A stretch of DNA of 64,000 nt from the human T2T-CHM13v2.0 reference genome, Homo sapiens (GCF_009914755.1 NC_060931.1), one strand, 5' to 3'; shown: positions 36,476 through 50,371, numbered from the stretch's first letter. Made by a program: numbers and translations. Notes: generated from the letters alone by a model not told the origin.

Positions 36476-37574
36476 TTCAGAGTCGCAGAGAGGAAGGAAC
36501 ACAATGAGCTGAACGTGAAGGACAGTTAGCGCCAGCTGCTCACCCGAAGATGGCTGTGTTTCTGTCCATGTGGTGATGTGGCCACTCAATCAGCCTGCCT
36601 CCCCTCCTCAGCAGGGAACCTCCCTATGCTGAAAAGATGGGAGAAATTGTATCCCACTCCTTTGGCACCAAGAGTAATTTCCTGATTGGCCTCCAAACTG
36701 AAAACACATTTTCTCTACTTGGATGTCACGGTGCTCCCTGTAACGGGCTTTGTCAGCCCTCTAGGCTGCAGGAAAAGTGCCAGCACAGGGGATTCATTAT
36801 TTATGCCCAGGATTGTATGAGTGACATGAGCAAGTGCTCTGATGGTGTGATTTGGGGGTAACTTTTACCGCCCAAAATATCTCCCTATCAAGCCCTACCA
36901 TTTCCTCGTTCTCATCATACCCATTATCCCTCAAGGGCCATAGAAACACCTCCCCTTGCAGGACCTAACACTTCTCAATTCTTCCCAGGGAAGCAGATCC
37001 TGAAAGCCTTTTGGAGGTTTTGTGTCATGGTTATACAGGAAAGAGTATTTAGATTACAAAGTTACACATTGGCAGGGTCAATTTAATATGAGATGCTGCC
37101 ATCTCTAAGAGATCATTGCTTGAAAGAACCAGGACAAAACAAACAAACAAACATGATGGGGGTAAAAGAAGAAGAAAAGAAGGGAGGCATGGGGTTGCCT
37201 AGACAGGGGAATCCTACTTAAGGATAAAAACACTGGAAAGGAAACATCTAAAGGAGGAAAATTTAGCCTGGTGTGAAATGTTTATTAAACAACTGAGCTA
37301 CTGATTACAGAACTACAGTATCCATCAAACCTAAAACAGCTTAAATTTATAAAATATTCCTATTTCATATAGAGAAGTAAATATATATTTGAACAGATTG
37401 TGTTAAATGAGATATAGCCTTTTTCCTTGTGTGTTACTATTTTACTTATTAAGCACTTATTAAGTATAAGGGATTGTGCTACGTGCTTAACATACCTTTT
37501 GGTTTTTTGTCTTTCTTTTCTTCTTTTTTTTTTTTTTTTATTAGGGAAGGATGGGATCTGCCCTGTTTACTCTC

Positions 37575-37705
37575 TATCTCCCCTTGTAAAATGTAAGGCA
37601 CATGAGGACAGGGATTTTATCTGACTTATTTACTGCTGTATCCTTAGGCAACCTCTAGAATAATCCTTGGCACTAGTCATGTGTTCAAAAATTATTTATT
37701 GAAGG
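37575..37705 (+). mobile_element. L2 3' end
   Basis: 'aatgtaaggcacatgaggacagggattttatctgacttatttactgctgtatcc...atttattgaa'. Confidence 0.7.
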
Positions 37706-37710
37706 GAAGG

Positions 37711-38156
<446 letters not shown>

Positions 38157-38659
38157 TCAACAAATATCATCCTCCGAACCTTAAAGGGACAACACTAGGG
38201 TACACATAGGCCAGATCCTAGACAGGCAGTACTGGTTTACATTCTCATATATGTCCATGTGACTTGTGCATAATACTCAAATATCTCAAGCCAGATTCTG
38301 CCATCAGCATATTGCAAAAGATTTGGAGATACTGTGTACAAATAACCGAACCATAGCGCATAGATGATAATAATTACATCTCTTCAAGAGAGATTTGTAG
38401 ATTAACAAATTAATACTTACAAAAAAAGCCTTGAAAATATTATGAACTACATAATTACCAAGCATTGTTATTACCAGCGTAACTAGTTATGGAAAATACT
38501 TCATGTAAGCATCCTGGGAGGGCTAATGTTTTACATATCCCTTTTTCAAACTCATTTTGCTTCATTTTCAATAGTCAAAAAAAAGTAGAAAGTGACTCCC
38601 ATGTCCACACCCATTTTGTACAAGCTGTGAGCCTTTGGACAAAAGACCGTCCCTCTGTA

Positions 38660-38811
38660 AGCCCTTGTTCCTCAAGGTGTCATCCCAGGTTTCACATGGG
38701 AGCTTGTGAGAAACGCAGAATCTCAGGCCCCACCCCAGACCCACTGAACCGGAATCTGCATTTTAAGATCCCCAGGTGACTCATAGACACGTTAAATTTT
38801 GAAAAGCATAG
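38660..38811. mobile_element. MER5A hAT element
   Basis: 'gggagcttgtgagaaacgcagaatctcaggccccaccccagacccactgaaccggaatctgcatttt..gatccccaggtgactc'. Confidence 0.85.
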
Positions 38812-39350
38812 TTATTAGCCTCACTTAACCTCAAATGGGAAAATGTGAGAACCTAAGTGCCCAACATAGTGCCTGACAGCACTCAATGAAATGCTGTTCC
38901 TTACTCCTTTCCCCAACTCCTACAATAATGGTAAACTTGAAACCTCTGGCGACTGGTGCTGAAAGGCCAAGGTGTGAGGCTGGCTTCAGAGGGTCCTGGA
39001 ATGGGACTGTGCCAGCTGGAAAAACAAGTTTTTTGGATAAATGGGGCCCCTTCCCCTGCTCTAATGTGTATTTGCAAGTTTATTTTTATCCTCTCAACTG
39101 CTGAGACACTGTTAGGATTTGATCGTGTCATGTGTGTTCACATTAATTTTAATATGCAACCATTTGAATTCAAGCCCATATTTAATTCAGGGGGAATCAT
39201 TTTCTTTTTATGGTGTTTATTTATATATGACTATAAAAGCAATACATGCTTGCTGTAGACAAGTTAGAAAACACAAACTGCCACTGCTAGCTTTTAGGTA
39301 TTTCTTTTCAGTTGTATTTCAAGCAAAAGTAGAATTACCCTGGTGAATTG

Positions 39351-39743
<393 letters not shown>

Positions 39744-40688
39744 TGAAGATAATTTGATGGATCTCTATTACTCCTATTTTGTGACTCTATCATAATTTAA
39801 CCACCCCTAACTGAAAAGACATACAGTTTCTAATGTTGTTGACTATTCAAATCATGTAGTGATGAACATTCTTCCTTGTAAGTCTTTTGCCATGGTTGGT
39901 GATTTCTTAGTATTGATTCCCCCCAAAATAAATCACTAGGTCAAAGGATATTTAATACTCTTCTCTGATACATAAAGTCAGCTTCCAGGAAGTGGGTTCC
40001 AGGAGGAGTGTGTGTTTTCTAAGTTTCTACTAACTGATAGGCAGTATAATGATGGCTCCTTATTTAATTTGCATTCTTTCATTTTTAGTGAACATCAATA
40101 GTATCACCAATTTACAAAAATAAAAACAACAATCAAAATTCGACATTCCTATAATTTGATTTGGTCAGAATTGACATTTGTACAATATTTAATCTTATTT
40201 GCTAAGAATTTGACATTTCTTTCCATTTATTCAAATTAAACCCTTCCTCAATTTTGGGGAGTTGGTTTGGGTATATGTTGCCATTATCAATTGAGAACCA
40301 GTTCTCTCACGATATTTGTGAAAAGGCATATCTGTATTTAGGGGTAAAATTGAATTCTCCTTTCTTCATGTTATTATAAGAAAATATCAGGATTACTTTT
40401 AAAAATTAGTTTCTGGAACATACATTAGTGCTAAGCTTGTTAATTTATAACTCTGGGTTTAAGTTTTGCTTTCCATCAATTTCTTTTCATTTCTCTTATT
40501 GTTAGATTAGTTCAGGGATTTTCAAAGTCTGGTCCCTAAAGCCTCATCTCCTAAGGAAGCTTCTCAGGTGAGGATGAGGAGGGAGGATTATGGGTGCCCC
40601 AACCCCTGGCCCAACCACCACCTCCAATGTCCTAATCAACAATCTTAATTCAGCTTCTTATTATCTGTTTTGTCATCTGAGCCTTCTC

Positions 40689-41000
40689 CAAGGAGTCAGT
40701 AAACTTTCTCCGTAAAGGGCCAGATAGTAAATATTTTAGGCTTTACAGGCACTACTGGTAGATGACTGTTGCAACTGCTCAATTCTGACATTGTAGAAAC
40801 CAGCCATAGATAATGCATACACAAAAAATGAGCCTAGCTGTGTTCCAATAAAACTTCATTTGTGAACACTGAAATTTGAATTTCATATAATTTTCATGTG
40901 TTACTATTATTCTTCTTCCAATTTCTTGTCAACCATTTATAATTGTAAAATCCCAGGCTGTATCAAACAGGCAGTGGGCCATAGGGTTGGCTGACTTCTG
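40689..41000. mobile_element. MER58B hAT element
   Basis: 'gtaaagggccagatagtaaatattttaggcttt', 'tgttccaataaaactt', 'cactgaaatttgaatttcatataattttcatgtg'. Confidence 0.82.
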
Positions 41001-41474
41001 CTCTGGTCTTCTGTCCCACTGGATGCCACTGATGTGCTCTGGTAAAACCCACCTGGCACCCTGGAAAAAGTCAGTTGCAGAGGCTGGAGCCCAGGCCCCC
41101 ACGGCTAAGCAGCCCTAGACACTCTACCCTGCCATTCCCTGCCAGGACCAGCCCAGGGCAGAAGCATGCCCAGGTGAGACTTTGCTAGCTTCCCACTGCT
41201 TAGACAATCTTTATTCTATTTTGAAAACTCTGCCCAGTGGGTAAGTATACTCCTGATCTCCACCGCCCAGGGCACCACTTGCCCTCTTTTGAGGGAAAAA
41301 GAAAATCATTCTCATTCTATTTCTTTCATGGCAGTAAAAACAAAATACGAATTGATTATCTCAGATTATCCTGCCTTGGTGGTTACTTTGAGAAGAGAAA
41401 TAAGTTGTCTTTCCTTCTCAAAGAGAGATTCATGTATTTACTATTGTTACCACTAAGTAAAAGATTAAATATAT

Positions 41475-41748
<274 letters not shown>

Positions 41749-41808
41749 CTATATAGCACCAGTTCAGCCCCAACCATTTTCAGATGAAGCCTAGCCCAGT
41801 GTGTGTAA

Positions 41809-41837
41809 ACACACACACACACAGACACACACACACA
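41809..41837. repeat. Interrupted (CA)n microsatellite
   Basis: acacacacacacacagacacacacacaca. Confidence 0.85.
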
Positions 41838-42812
41838 TTCAGAGGCAATAACATGACCCAAGCCCAGGAATTCTTCACCCTCTTCCACGTGGTCTCCTCC
41901 ATAATGCATTTTTCTTGTCTTACTCAATGAGCCAGATTTTTGAGAGTCAGAGTATAAGAGCATGTAGGAGATTTTCCTACAGGTGCTCATCACAGGAAGC
42001 CTCCAGAAGGTACAACCAAGCACCAGTAGCCACAAGAAGTCAGCTGAGCATCAGAGCTGCAGGAATCTCTCCCTCTAAGATTCCGTTCATTCAACAAGGG
42101 ATGTTTACCTTGTGTTGAGACCACAGATACCATGGTACACACATAGTGTTCTCAGACCTGCCTAGTGAAGTTGTAGGTGTTCTCCCACTTCAAGAGCAGT
42201 TGTTCCTTCAGGCTAGTTGTTAAAGTGACTTCCTTAGATGAGGAAGAATCAAAGTAATGGATGGTCAAAGGCAAGTCCAAGCAAGACTGAAGGAGCCTAC
42301 CATTCAGATAACTCCATTCTAGTGTATTAGGTAGAAATACCATTGAAGTAGCAATGATGTTGCAGAGAAAAATGGAGACTTCAGCTTTCAAGTTTCAAAA
42401 GCCTCAGCTCTGGCATAAAGCAAAATATTTGAAAGAACTATAAATAATCTGAGCAAAGCACTATCAGGGAGTGAGGATGGTTGAAGGTAGTAAGGGGAAC
42501 TTAGGCACAAGTGGTCTGAAAAGAGGTCCTGTTACCTACCTCAGAAGCGTGCTATTATAAAACCCTCAAAGTACACAGAGATGGAAGAGTCCAGCCCCAT
42601 CACCAGCTAAAGAAACAGCTGAGTATCTAGCAAGACTGACCCCAGCCTGCCTCCAAGGCACCTACACCACCATGGGGAGTACAGGTGAAATCATACTTAA
42701 CAGGAGTAGAGAAGTGGAATTCACTGCAATGCAGGTGTGGGAGCAGCTGCATGATTTCCACACATCAAGAAAGGACAGACAGCTGGCAGATGTGAAGGGC
42801 TTTGTGGTTGTC

Positions 42813-44041
42813 TGATATATAGGACAAAACCAGTGTTTTTTGTACTCTCACTCACCACTCAGCACAAACCTTCTGAAACCAGAAGTGTGTGGAGTTGTCC
42901 CCACACACCAAGTAATTCTCTGGTGGACACCTGCTGGGTGTCCTCTAATTTCACCCAATTCTGACGCTGTCTACCTAGAGGTAGCATCAGATCCCATAGG
43001 TTGAGGGCTCAGTCTCACAAGACTGCCCCCCATTTCAGCTGCCAATCACAAGTCCCAAGTTGAGAGCAGTACTTCAACTGACCAGCTATGTATTAGTTTA
43101 TTTTCACGCTGCTATGAAGAAATACCTGAGACTGGGTAATTTATAAAGGAAAGAGATTTAATTGACTCACAGTTCCGCATGGCTGGGGAGGCCTCAGGAA
43201 ACTTACAATCATGGCAGAAGGGGAAGCAAACAGGTCCTTTTTCACATGTCACCAGGAGAGAGAAGTACAGAGTGAAGCAGGGAAAAGCCTGTTATAAAAC
43301 CATCAGCTCTCATGAGAACTCACTCAGTATCATGAGAACAGCATGGGGCAACTGCCCCCATAATCTAATCACCTCCTACAAGGTCCCTCCCCCAACACAT
43401 GGGGATTGCAATTTGGATTACAATTCAAGATGAGATTTGGGTGGGGACACAGAGCCAGACCATATATAGCTATAAATCAGGGGTTCCCAAAACCCCTCCT
43501 CAGGTTTGACTTCTTTGCTGGGCAGCTCACAGAACTCAGGGAAACACTTTACTTACATTTACCTACTTATTATAAAGGATATTATAAAAGATGCAGATGA
43601 ATAGCAAGATGGAAGAGATGCATAGGGCAAGGTATGGGAGAAGGGACGCAGAACTTCCATGTCCTCTCTGGGAGGACCACCCTCCAGGAGACTTCATGTG
43701 TTCAGCTATCTGGAAGCTTTCAGAACTCAGTCTTTTTGGGTTTTTATAGAGGCCTCATTACATAGGCATGAATTGATTAAATCATTAGCCATTGATAAAA
43801 AGCTCAATTTTCAGCCTCTCTCCCCTCTGGAGGTAGGGGGCTGGAGCCAAAAGTTCCAACTCTCTAATCATGCTTTGGTCTTCCCAGTGACCCTCCCCTA
43901 CCGTGAAGTTATTTAGGGGCCCTAGCCACCAGTCATCTCATTAGCATAGAAAAGACACGTCACTCAGGAGATTACATGGGTTTTAGGAGCCTAAGCCAAA
44001 AAAGAGGGATGAAGGCCAAATATATATTTCACAATATCACA
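42813..44041 (-). mobile_element. MER21-family LTR split by a THE1 LTR
   Basis: Minus strand starts TGTGATATTGTGAAATATATATTTGG (recalled MER21 start); the element resumes after the nested THE1. Confidence 0.85.
43089..43467 (-). mobile_element. THE1 (C/D-like) MaLR solo LTR
   Basis: tgtattag...gagactgggtaatttataaaggaaagag...gagatttgggtggggacacagagccagaccatat; 5-bp TSD agcta (43084-43088, 43468-43472). Confidence 0.92.
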
Positions 44042-44354
44042 GTTTGGACACAAAGAAAATATAACAGTTCCCTATCTGGACCAGCATCTGGAAGCCAGAG
44101 CATCTCAACAGGCACCAGTATTGATAGGAAACTCAGAGAACCTGAAGCTCTGTAAGCCTATCTAGAGTTTAGGTAAACCTCCAGAGAAAAGGGGAATGAG
44201 AATCTTATATTTCCTGATATTAAATTTCTACCCTCTAGCAGAATGGGTGGTAGAAATAGAAATTTAGTCGCATTATAGAAAAATACAGAAAATTGGGTCT
44301 CTTGCACACTTGAATTGTGAACTAAGTTCCTAATGACCATGCATGTAATTAGGA

Positions 44355-47300
44355 ATTAGAAAATACTAAGGACTCTACTTCTAATAGTATGGAGAACACT
44401 CATAGTCCTTGGTGTGAACTGTTCAGAGATTTATGCAAAATAAATGCGTTTGATACTCCTGATTTGATTCACCATTCATGAGAGGCAAGGAGTTTAGTGG
44501 TTCTATATATAATACCTTTGACCATCTGTGGAGAACCAAGAAATATAATGAAGGTGGTTGTTTGCTCCTAAGTCCACAGGACAAAGTGACAAAAGAAAAG
44601 GATGAGCTCAGAGATTCTAACTCCTGGCTCTGGAAGCACATACCCAGCCTCCAGTCTTCTAAGATTGCCCTGAGTGAAAGTCTTAACTCCTGTAGACAAA
44701 GGGCTGAAATTGCGGAAAATCAGACACAAGCTCTTATCATGAGAGTGGCTGACCTGCAATGAAAGGGAAATGCTCAGTCTTGCCAGGTGTCTACTGTTAA
44801 AGTGAGGGCGTTGATTGGAAAAGAATGGGACCCTGCAACTTGGAATAGGATGTGTGGGAGGACCTTGATGAAGCTGAGGACACTGAGCTTGTAAAGTCTA
44901 AAGAGACTTTTTTGCCAGAGGAAACAGCCTCCCCACCCCCCTGTGGTGGCAACATCCCTTCCCCACCCATGCTGCCATCAGCCTTTCCACCTTTGTCTGA
45001 GGAGATTACCCATGCACTGCCTGAGACAACAGTGATGGCCTCCCCTGAGGCAGTTGCCAGGCAAGACAAGCTGATTCTCCTCAGGACCCACCCCAACACC
45101 CCTAGACTCAAGTCCTGGCAGGCCCCTAGAGATGTGGTTCAGATTGTGGCCCACAGGAAGTTGTGCTACACTCCAAAAGAACTGCTTGAGTTTTCTAATT
45201 TATATAAGCAAAAATCTGGAGAACAGGCAGGGAAATGGATATTAACAGTGTGGGATAATGGTGGAAGGAGCATAAAAATGGATCAGACTGAATTTATTGA
45301 TATGGGCCCACTAAGCAGGGATCCTGCATTTAATGTTGCAACTCAGGGAGTTAAAAAAAGTTCTAGTAGTTTATTTGCTTGGTTGGCTGAGTGGATTAGT
45401 CACTTTAGACCTACTCATCCCAGCTGGGAGGGTCCAGAAGATATACCCTTGATTAATACTTTGTGAAATAGATTTGTGAGGGGGAGAACCTGCATCCTTG
45501 AAGAGTTCTGTGATTGCTCTTCTCTGTATTCCAGAGTTTAGAGTGGGAACTGCACTCACTCAATTAGAAAATTTAAATGCCATGGGAATAATTGGATCCC
45601 AAGGTGGCAGTGTCCAAGTAGTGGCACTCAACTGTCAAAGGCAAGGTGGGTGTAGTTACCACAGTGGACAGCAGAGGCAAAGCAGCAATCAGAATAGTCT
45701 GACTCCTGTAGAGCTCAGGCATTGGTTAATTAATCATGGTGTTCCTAGAAGTGAAATTGATAGGAAGCCTACTGCATTCTTACTTAATTTGTATAACCAG
45801 GAAACTTCCAGGTTGAGTGGACAAAAGACTAATTTGAATTATAAAAATAGAGAACCACAGCCCCTCAGTCAATTTCCAGACTTGAACCAGTTTACAGACC
45901 CAGAACCCCTTGAATGGAGGGGACACTGGGTCCCCTTAAGGAGGGACCCCACTACACTACTGACAATTTATACTGTTAATCTTTCTCCCATCCTTCCCCA
46001 ACAAGACCTCCAGCCTTTTAGCAGAGTAACTGTGCATTGGGAAAAGGGGAATCATCAGACTTTTTGGGGACTACTGGACACTGGCTCTGAGCTGATGTTG
46101 ATTCCAGGGGACCCAAAGTATCATTGTGGTCCTCCAGTTACAGTAGAGGCTTATGGAGGTCAGGTAATTAATGAAGTTTTAGCTCAGGTCCAACTTACAG
46201 TGGGTCCATTTGGTCCCCGGACTCATTCTGTGATGATTTCCCCAGGGCCAGAATGCATAATTGGCACAGGCATACTTAGCAGCTGGCAGAATCCCCACAT
46301 TGGCTGCCTGACTGGTAGGGTGAGGGCTATTGTGATGGGAAAGGCCAAATGGATGCCATTAGAGCTGCCTCTACCTAAAAAAAAATAGTAAATCAAAAAC
46401 AATATTGCATTTCTGAAGGGATTGCAGAGATTAGTGCCACCATCAAGGACTTAAAAGATGCAGGGGTGGTGATTCCCAACACATCCCCATTCAACTCTCC
46501 TATTTGGCCTGTGCCAAAGACAGATGGATCTTGGAGAACGACAGTGGGTTATTGTAAGCTTACCCAAGTGGTGGCCCCAGTTGCAGCTGCTGTACCAGAT
46601 GTGGTTTCATTGCTTAAACAAATTAACACATCTCCTGGTACCTGGTGTGCAGCCACTGATTTGGCAAATGTCTTTTTCTCCATTCCTATTTATAAGGCCC
46701 ACCAGAAGCAATTTGCCTTCAGCTGGCAAGGCCAGCAATATACCTTCACTATCCTACCTCAGGGGTATATCAACTCTCCGACTTTGTGTCATAATCTTGT
46801 TCGCAAAGATCTTGATCACTTTTCCCTTCCATAAGATATCACACTGGTCCATTACATTGATGACATTATCCTGATTGGATCCAGGGAGCAAGAAGTAGCA
46901 AACACTCTGGACTTACTGATGACATATTTGCGTGCCAGGGGATAGGAAATAAATCTGACTAAAATTCAGGGATCTTCTACCTCATTGAAATTTCTAGGGG
47001 TCCCATGGCATGGGGCCTGTCAAGGTATTCCTTCTAAGGTGAAGGATAAGTTGCTACATTTGGTCCCTCCTACAACCAAGAAAGAGGCATAATGCCTAAG
47101 GGCCTATTTGGATTCTGGAGGCAACACATTCCTCATCTGGGTGTGTTACTCCAGCCCATTTATTGAGTGACCCAAAAGGCTGCCAGTTTTGGGTAGGGTC
47201 CAGAATAGGAGAAAGCTCTGCAATAGGTCCAGGCTGCTGTGCAAGCTGCTCTGCCACTTGGGCCATATGACCCAGCAGATCCAATGGTGCTTGAGGTGTC

Positions 47301-48141
47301 AGTGGCAGATGGGGATGCTGTGTAAAGCCTTTGGAAGGCCCCCATAGATGAATCACAGCGGAGGCCTCTAGGATTTTGGAGCAAGGTTCTACCATCTTCT
47401 GCAGATAACTACTCTTCTTTTGAGAGACAGCATTTGCCCTGTTACTTGGCTTTGATAGAAACTGAATGTTTGACTGTGGATCATCAAATCACCATGCATC
47501 CTGAACTGCCTATCATGAACCAGGTGCTTTCTCACCCATCTAGCCATAAAGTGGGTTGTACACAGCAGCATTCCATCATCTAATGGAAGTGGCACAAACG
47601 TAATTGGGCTTAAGCAGGTCCAGAAGGCACAAGTAAGTTACATGAGGAAGTGGCTCAAATGCCCATTGTCCCTACTTCTGTTACATTGCCTTCTCTCCCC
47701 TAGCCTGTGCCAATGGCCTCATAGGGAGTTCCCTATGATCAGTTGACAGAGGGAGAGAAGACTAGGGTTTGGTTTGTAGATGGCTCTGCATGATATGCAG
47801 GCACAACCAGAAAGTGGACAGGTGAAGCACTACAACCCCTGTCTAGGACATCCCTGAAGGACAGTGGCAAAGGGAAATCTTCCCAGTGGGCAGAACTTTA
47901 AGCAGTGCACCTGCTGTGCATTTTGCTTGGAAGGAGAAATGGCCAGATGTGTGATTATGTACTGATTCATGGGCTGTAGCCAGTGGTTTGTCTGGATGGT
48001 CAGGGACTTGAAGAAGCACAATTGGAAAATTGTTGACAAAGAAATTTATGGAAGAGGTAATGTAGATGGACCTCTCTGAGTGGTCAAAAACTGAAGATAT
48101 TTCTATCCCATGTGAGTGCCTCACCAAAGGGTGACCTCAGC
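44355..48141 (+). mobile_element. HERV-L/ERVL internal fragment: degenerate gag-protease-RT-RNase H, no LTR, no integrase
   Basis: Gag-like frames 44478-45466; protease LLDTGS (DTG 46077-46085); RT motifs SPFNSPIWPV, LPQGY, YIDD (46853-46864); RNase H WFVDGS near 47770; many stops and frameshifts. Confidence 0.92.
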
Positions 48142-49756
48142 AGTGGTTGGAAGAGTTTGGAGGGCTCAGAAGACAGGAAAATATGGGAAAGTTTGGAACT
48201 TCTTAGAGACTTGGAGGGCTCAGAAGATAGAGAAATGTGGGAAAGTTTGGAACTTCCTAGAGACTTGTTGAATGGCTTTGAGCAAAATGCTGATAGTGAT
48301 ACAGACAATGAAGTCAGGCTGATGTGATCTCAGAATGAGAGGAGGAACTTGTTGGGAACTGGAGCAAAGGTGACTCTTACTATACTTTAGCAAAGAGACT
48401 GGTGGCATTTTTCCCCTGCCCTAGAGATCTGTGGAACTTTAAAGTTGAGAGAGATGATTTAGGGTATCTGGCAGAAGAAATTTCTAAGCAGCAACGCATT
48501 GAAGATGTGATTTGGGTGCTCTTAAAAGAATTCAGTTTTATGTATTCACAAAGATATGGTTTGGAATTGGAACTTATGTTTAAAAGGGAAGCAGAGCATA
48601 AAAGTTCAGAAAATTTGCAGGCTGATGATGTGATAGAAAAGAAAAAACCCATTTTTTGAGAAGAAATTTAAGATTGCTGCAGAAATTTGCTGAAGTAACA
48701 AAGAGCCAAATGTTAATCACCAAGACAATGGGGAAATTGTCTCCAGCGCATGTCAGAGATCTTCACTGTAGCCCCTCCCATCACAGGCCCAAAGGCCTAA
48801 GAGGAAATAATTGTTTCATGGGCTGGGCCCAGGGTCTTGCTGCTTTGTGCAGTCTCAGGACTTGGTGCCTTGCATCCCAGCCATGGCTAAAAGGGGTGAA
48901 CATACACTCCAGGCCATTGCTTCAGAGGGCGGTGCCCTTTGTCCCAGCTGTGGCTAAAAAGGGCCAACGTACAGCACAGGTCATTGCTTCAGAGGGTGCA
49001 AGCCCCAAGCCTTGGCAGCTTACACACGGTGTTGGGCCTGCGGGTACACAGAAGTCAAGAATTGAGGTTTGGGGACCTCTACCTAGATTTCAGAGGATGT
49101 ATGAAAATTCCTGGATGTCCAGGCAGAAGTTTGCTGCAGGGGTGGATCCCTCATGGAGAAGGAAATTGCAGAAGGAAAATGTGGGGTTGGAGCCCCAGCA
49201 CAGAGTCCCCACTAGGGCACTGCCTAGTGGAGCTGTGAGAAGAGGGCTGTGATCCTCCAGACCCCAAAATGGTAGATCCACTGACAACTAGCACCATGCA
49301 ACTAGAAAAGCCACAGATACTCAATGCAAGCCCATGAAAGTAGCCAGGATGAGGGCTGTACCCTGCAAAGCCACGAGGTTGGAGCTGCCCAAGGCCGTGA
49401 GAGCCCACCTGTTGCATCACCTGGATGTGAGACATGAAGTCAAAGGAGATCATTCGGAGCTTTAAGATTTGGCTGTCCCACTGGATTTTTGATTTGCATG
49501 GGGACGGTAGCCCCTTTGTTTTGGCCAATTTCTCTCATTTGCAATAGGTATATTTATCCAATGCCTGTACCCCCATTGTATCTATGAAGTAACTACCTTG
49601 TTTTTGATTTCACAGGCAGAAGGGACTTGCCTGGTCCCAGATGAGACTATGGACTTGGACTTTTGGGTTAATGCTGGAATAAGTTAAGACTTTAGGGGAC
49701 TGTTGGGAAGGCATGATTGTGTAAGGATGGCAGATTTGGGAGGGGCCAGGGCAGAA
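48142..49756 (+). mobile_element. THE1/MST-type MaLR internal region lacking its 5' end
   Basis: 'ggttggaagagtttggagggctcagaagacagg', 'ctggagcaaaggtgactctt', polypurine tract gggaggggccagggcagaa abutting the LTR. Confidence 0.9.
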
Positions 49757-50371
49757 TGATATGGTTTGGCTTTGTGTTCCCACCCAAATCTCATCTTGAA
49801 TTCTAATCCCATAATCCCTATGTGTCATGGGAGGGACCCAGTGAGAGGTAATTGAATCATGGGGGCAGTTTCCCCCATGCTGTTCTCATGATAGTGCGTG
49901 AGTCCTCACAACATCCGATGGTTTTATGAAGGGCTTCCACCTTCTTTCAGCATTCATTCTCTTCTCTGCTGCCCTGTGAAGAGGTGCCTCCCACCATGAT
50001 TGTAAGTTTCCTAAGGCCTCCCCAAACATGAGGAACTGTGAGTCAATTAAACCTCTTTTCTTTTCTTTTTTTTTTTTTTTAAAGACAGAGTCTCACTTGG
50101 TCACCCTCCTCCCAAGTAGCTGGGACTACAGGCGCCCGCCACCACGCCCTGCTAATTGTGGGGTTTTTTTTTTGTATTTTTAGTAGAGATGGGGTTTCAC
50201 CATGTTAGCCAGGATGGTCTCGATCTCCTGACCTCATGATCCGCCTGCCTGGGCCTCCCAAAGTGTTGGGATTACAGGCGCGAGCCACTGCACCTGGCCT
50301 AAACCTCTTTTGTTTATAAGTTACTCAGTCTCGGGTATTTCTTCATAGCAGCATGAGAACAGAGTAATACA
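49757..50371 (+). mobile_element. THE1 (C/D-like) 3' LTR interrupted by an Alu
   Basis: tgatatggtttggc ... agagtaataca; ATTAAA poly(A) signal at 50046-50051. Confidence 0.92.
50060..50299 (-). mobile_element. Alu (Y/Sc-like) with a ~75-bp internal deletion
   Basis: TSD taaacctctttt (50048-50059, 50300-50311); right arm jumps from 'gtcaccc' to 'cctcccaagtagc'. Confidence 0.88.

Noticed and set aside
48656-49528. 198-aa and 125-aa ORFs in the MaLR internal region
   Set aside because: Remnants or off-frame reads of the decayed MaLR ORF; no sign of selection
43089-50371. The two THE1 LTRs as the paired ends of one provirus carrying ERVL genes
   Set aside because: They are in opposite orientations, and the left one has its own 5-bp TSD inside MER21, so it is an independent solo LTR
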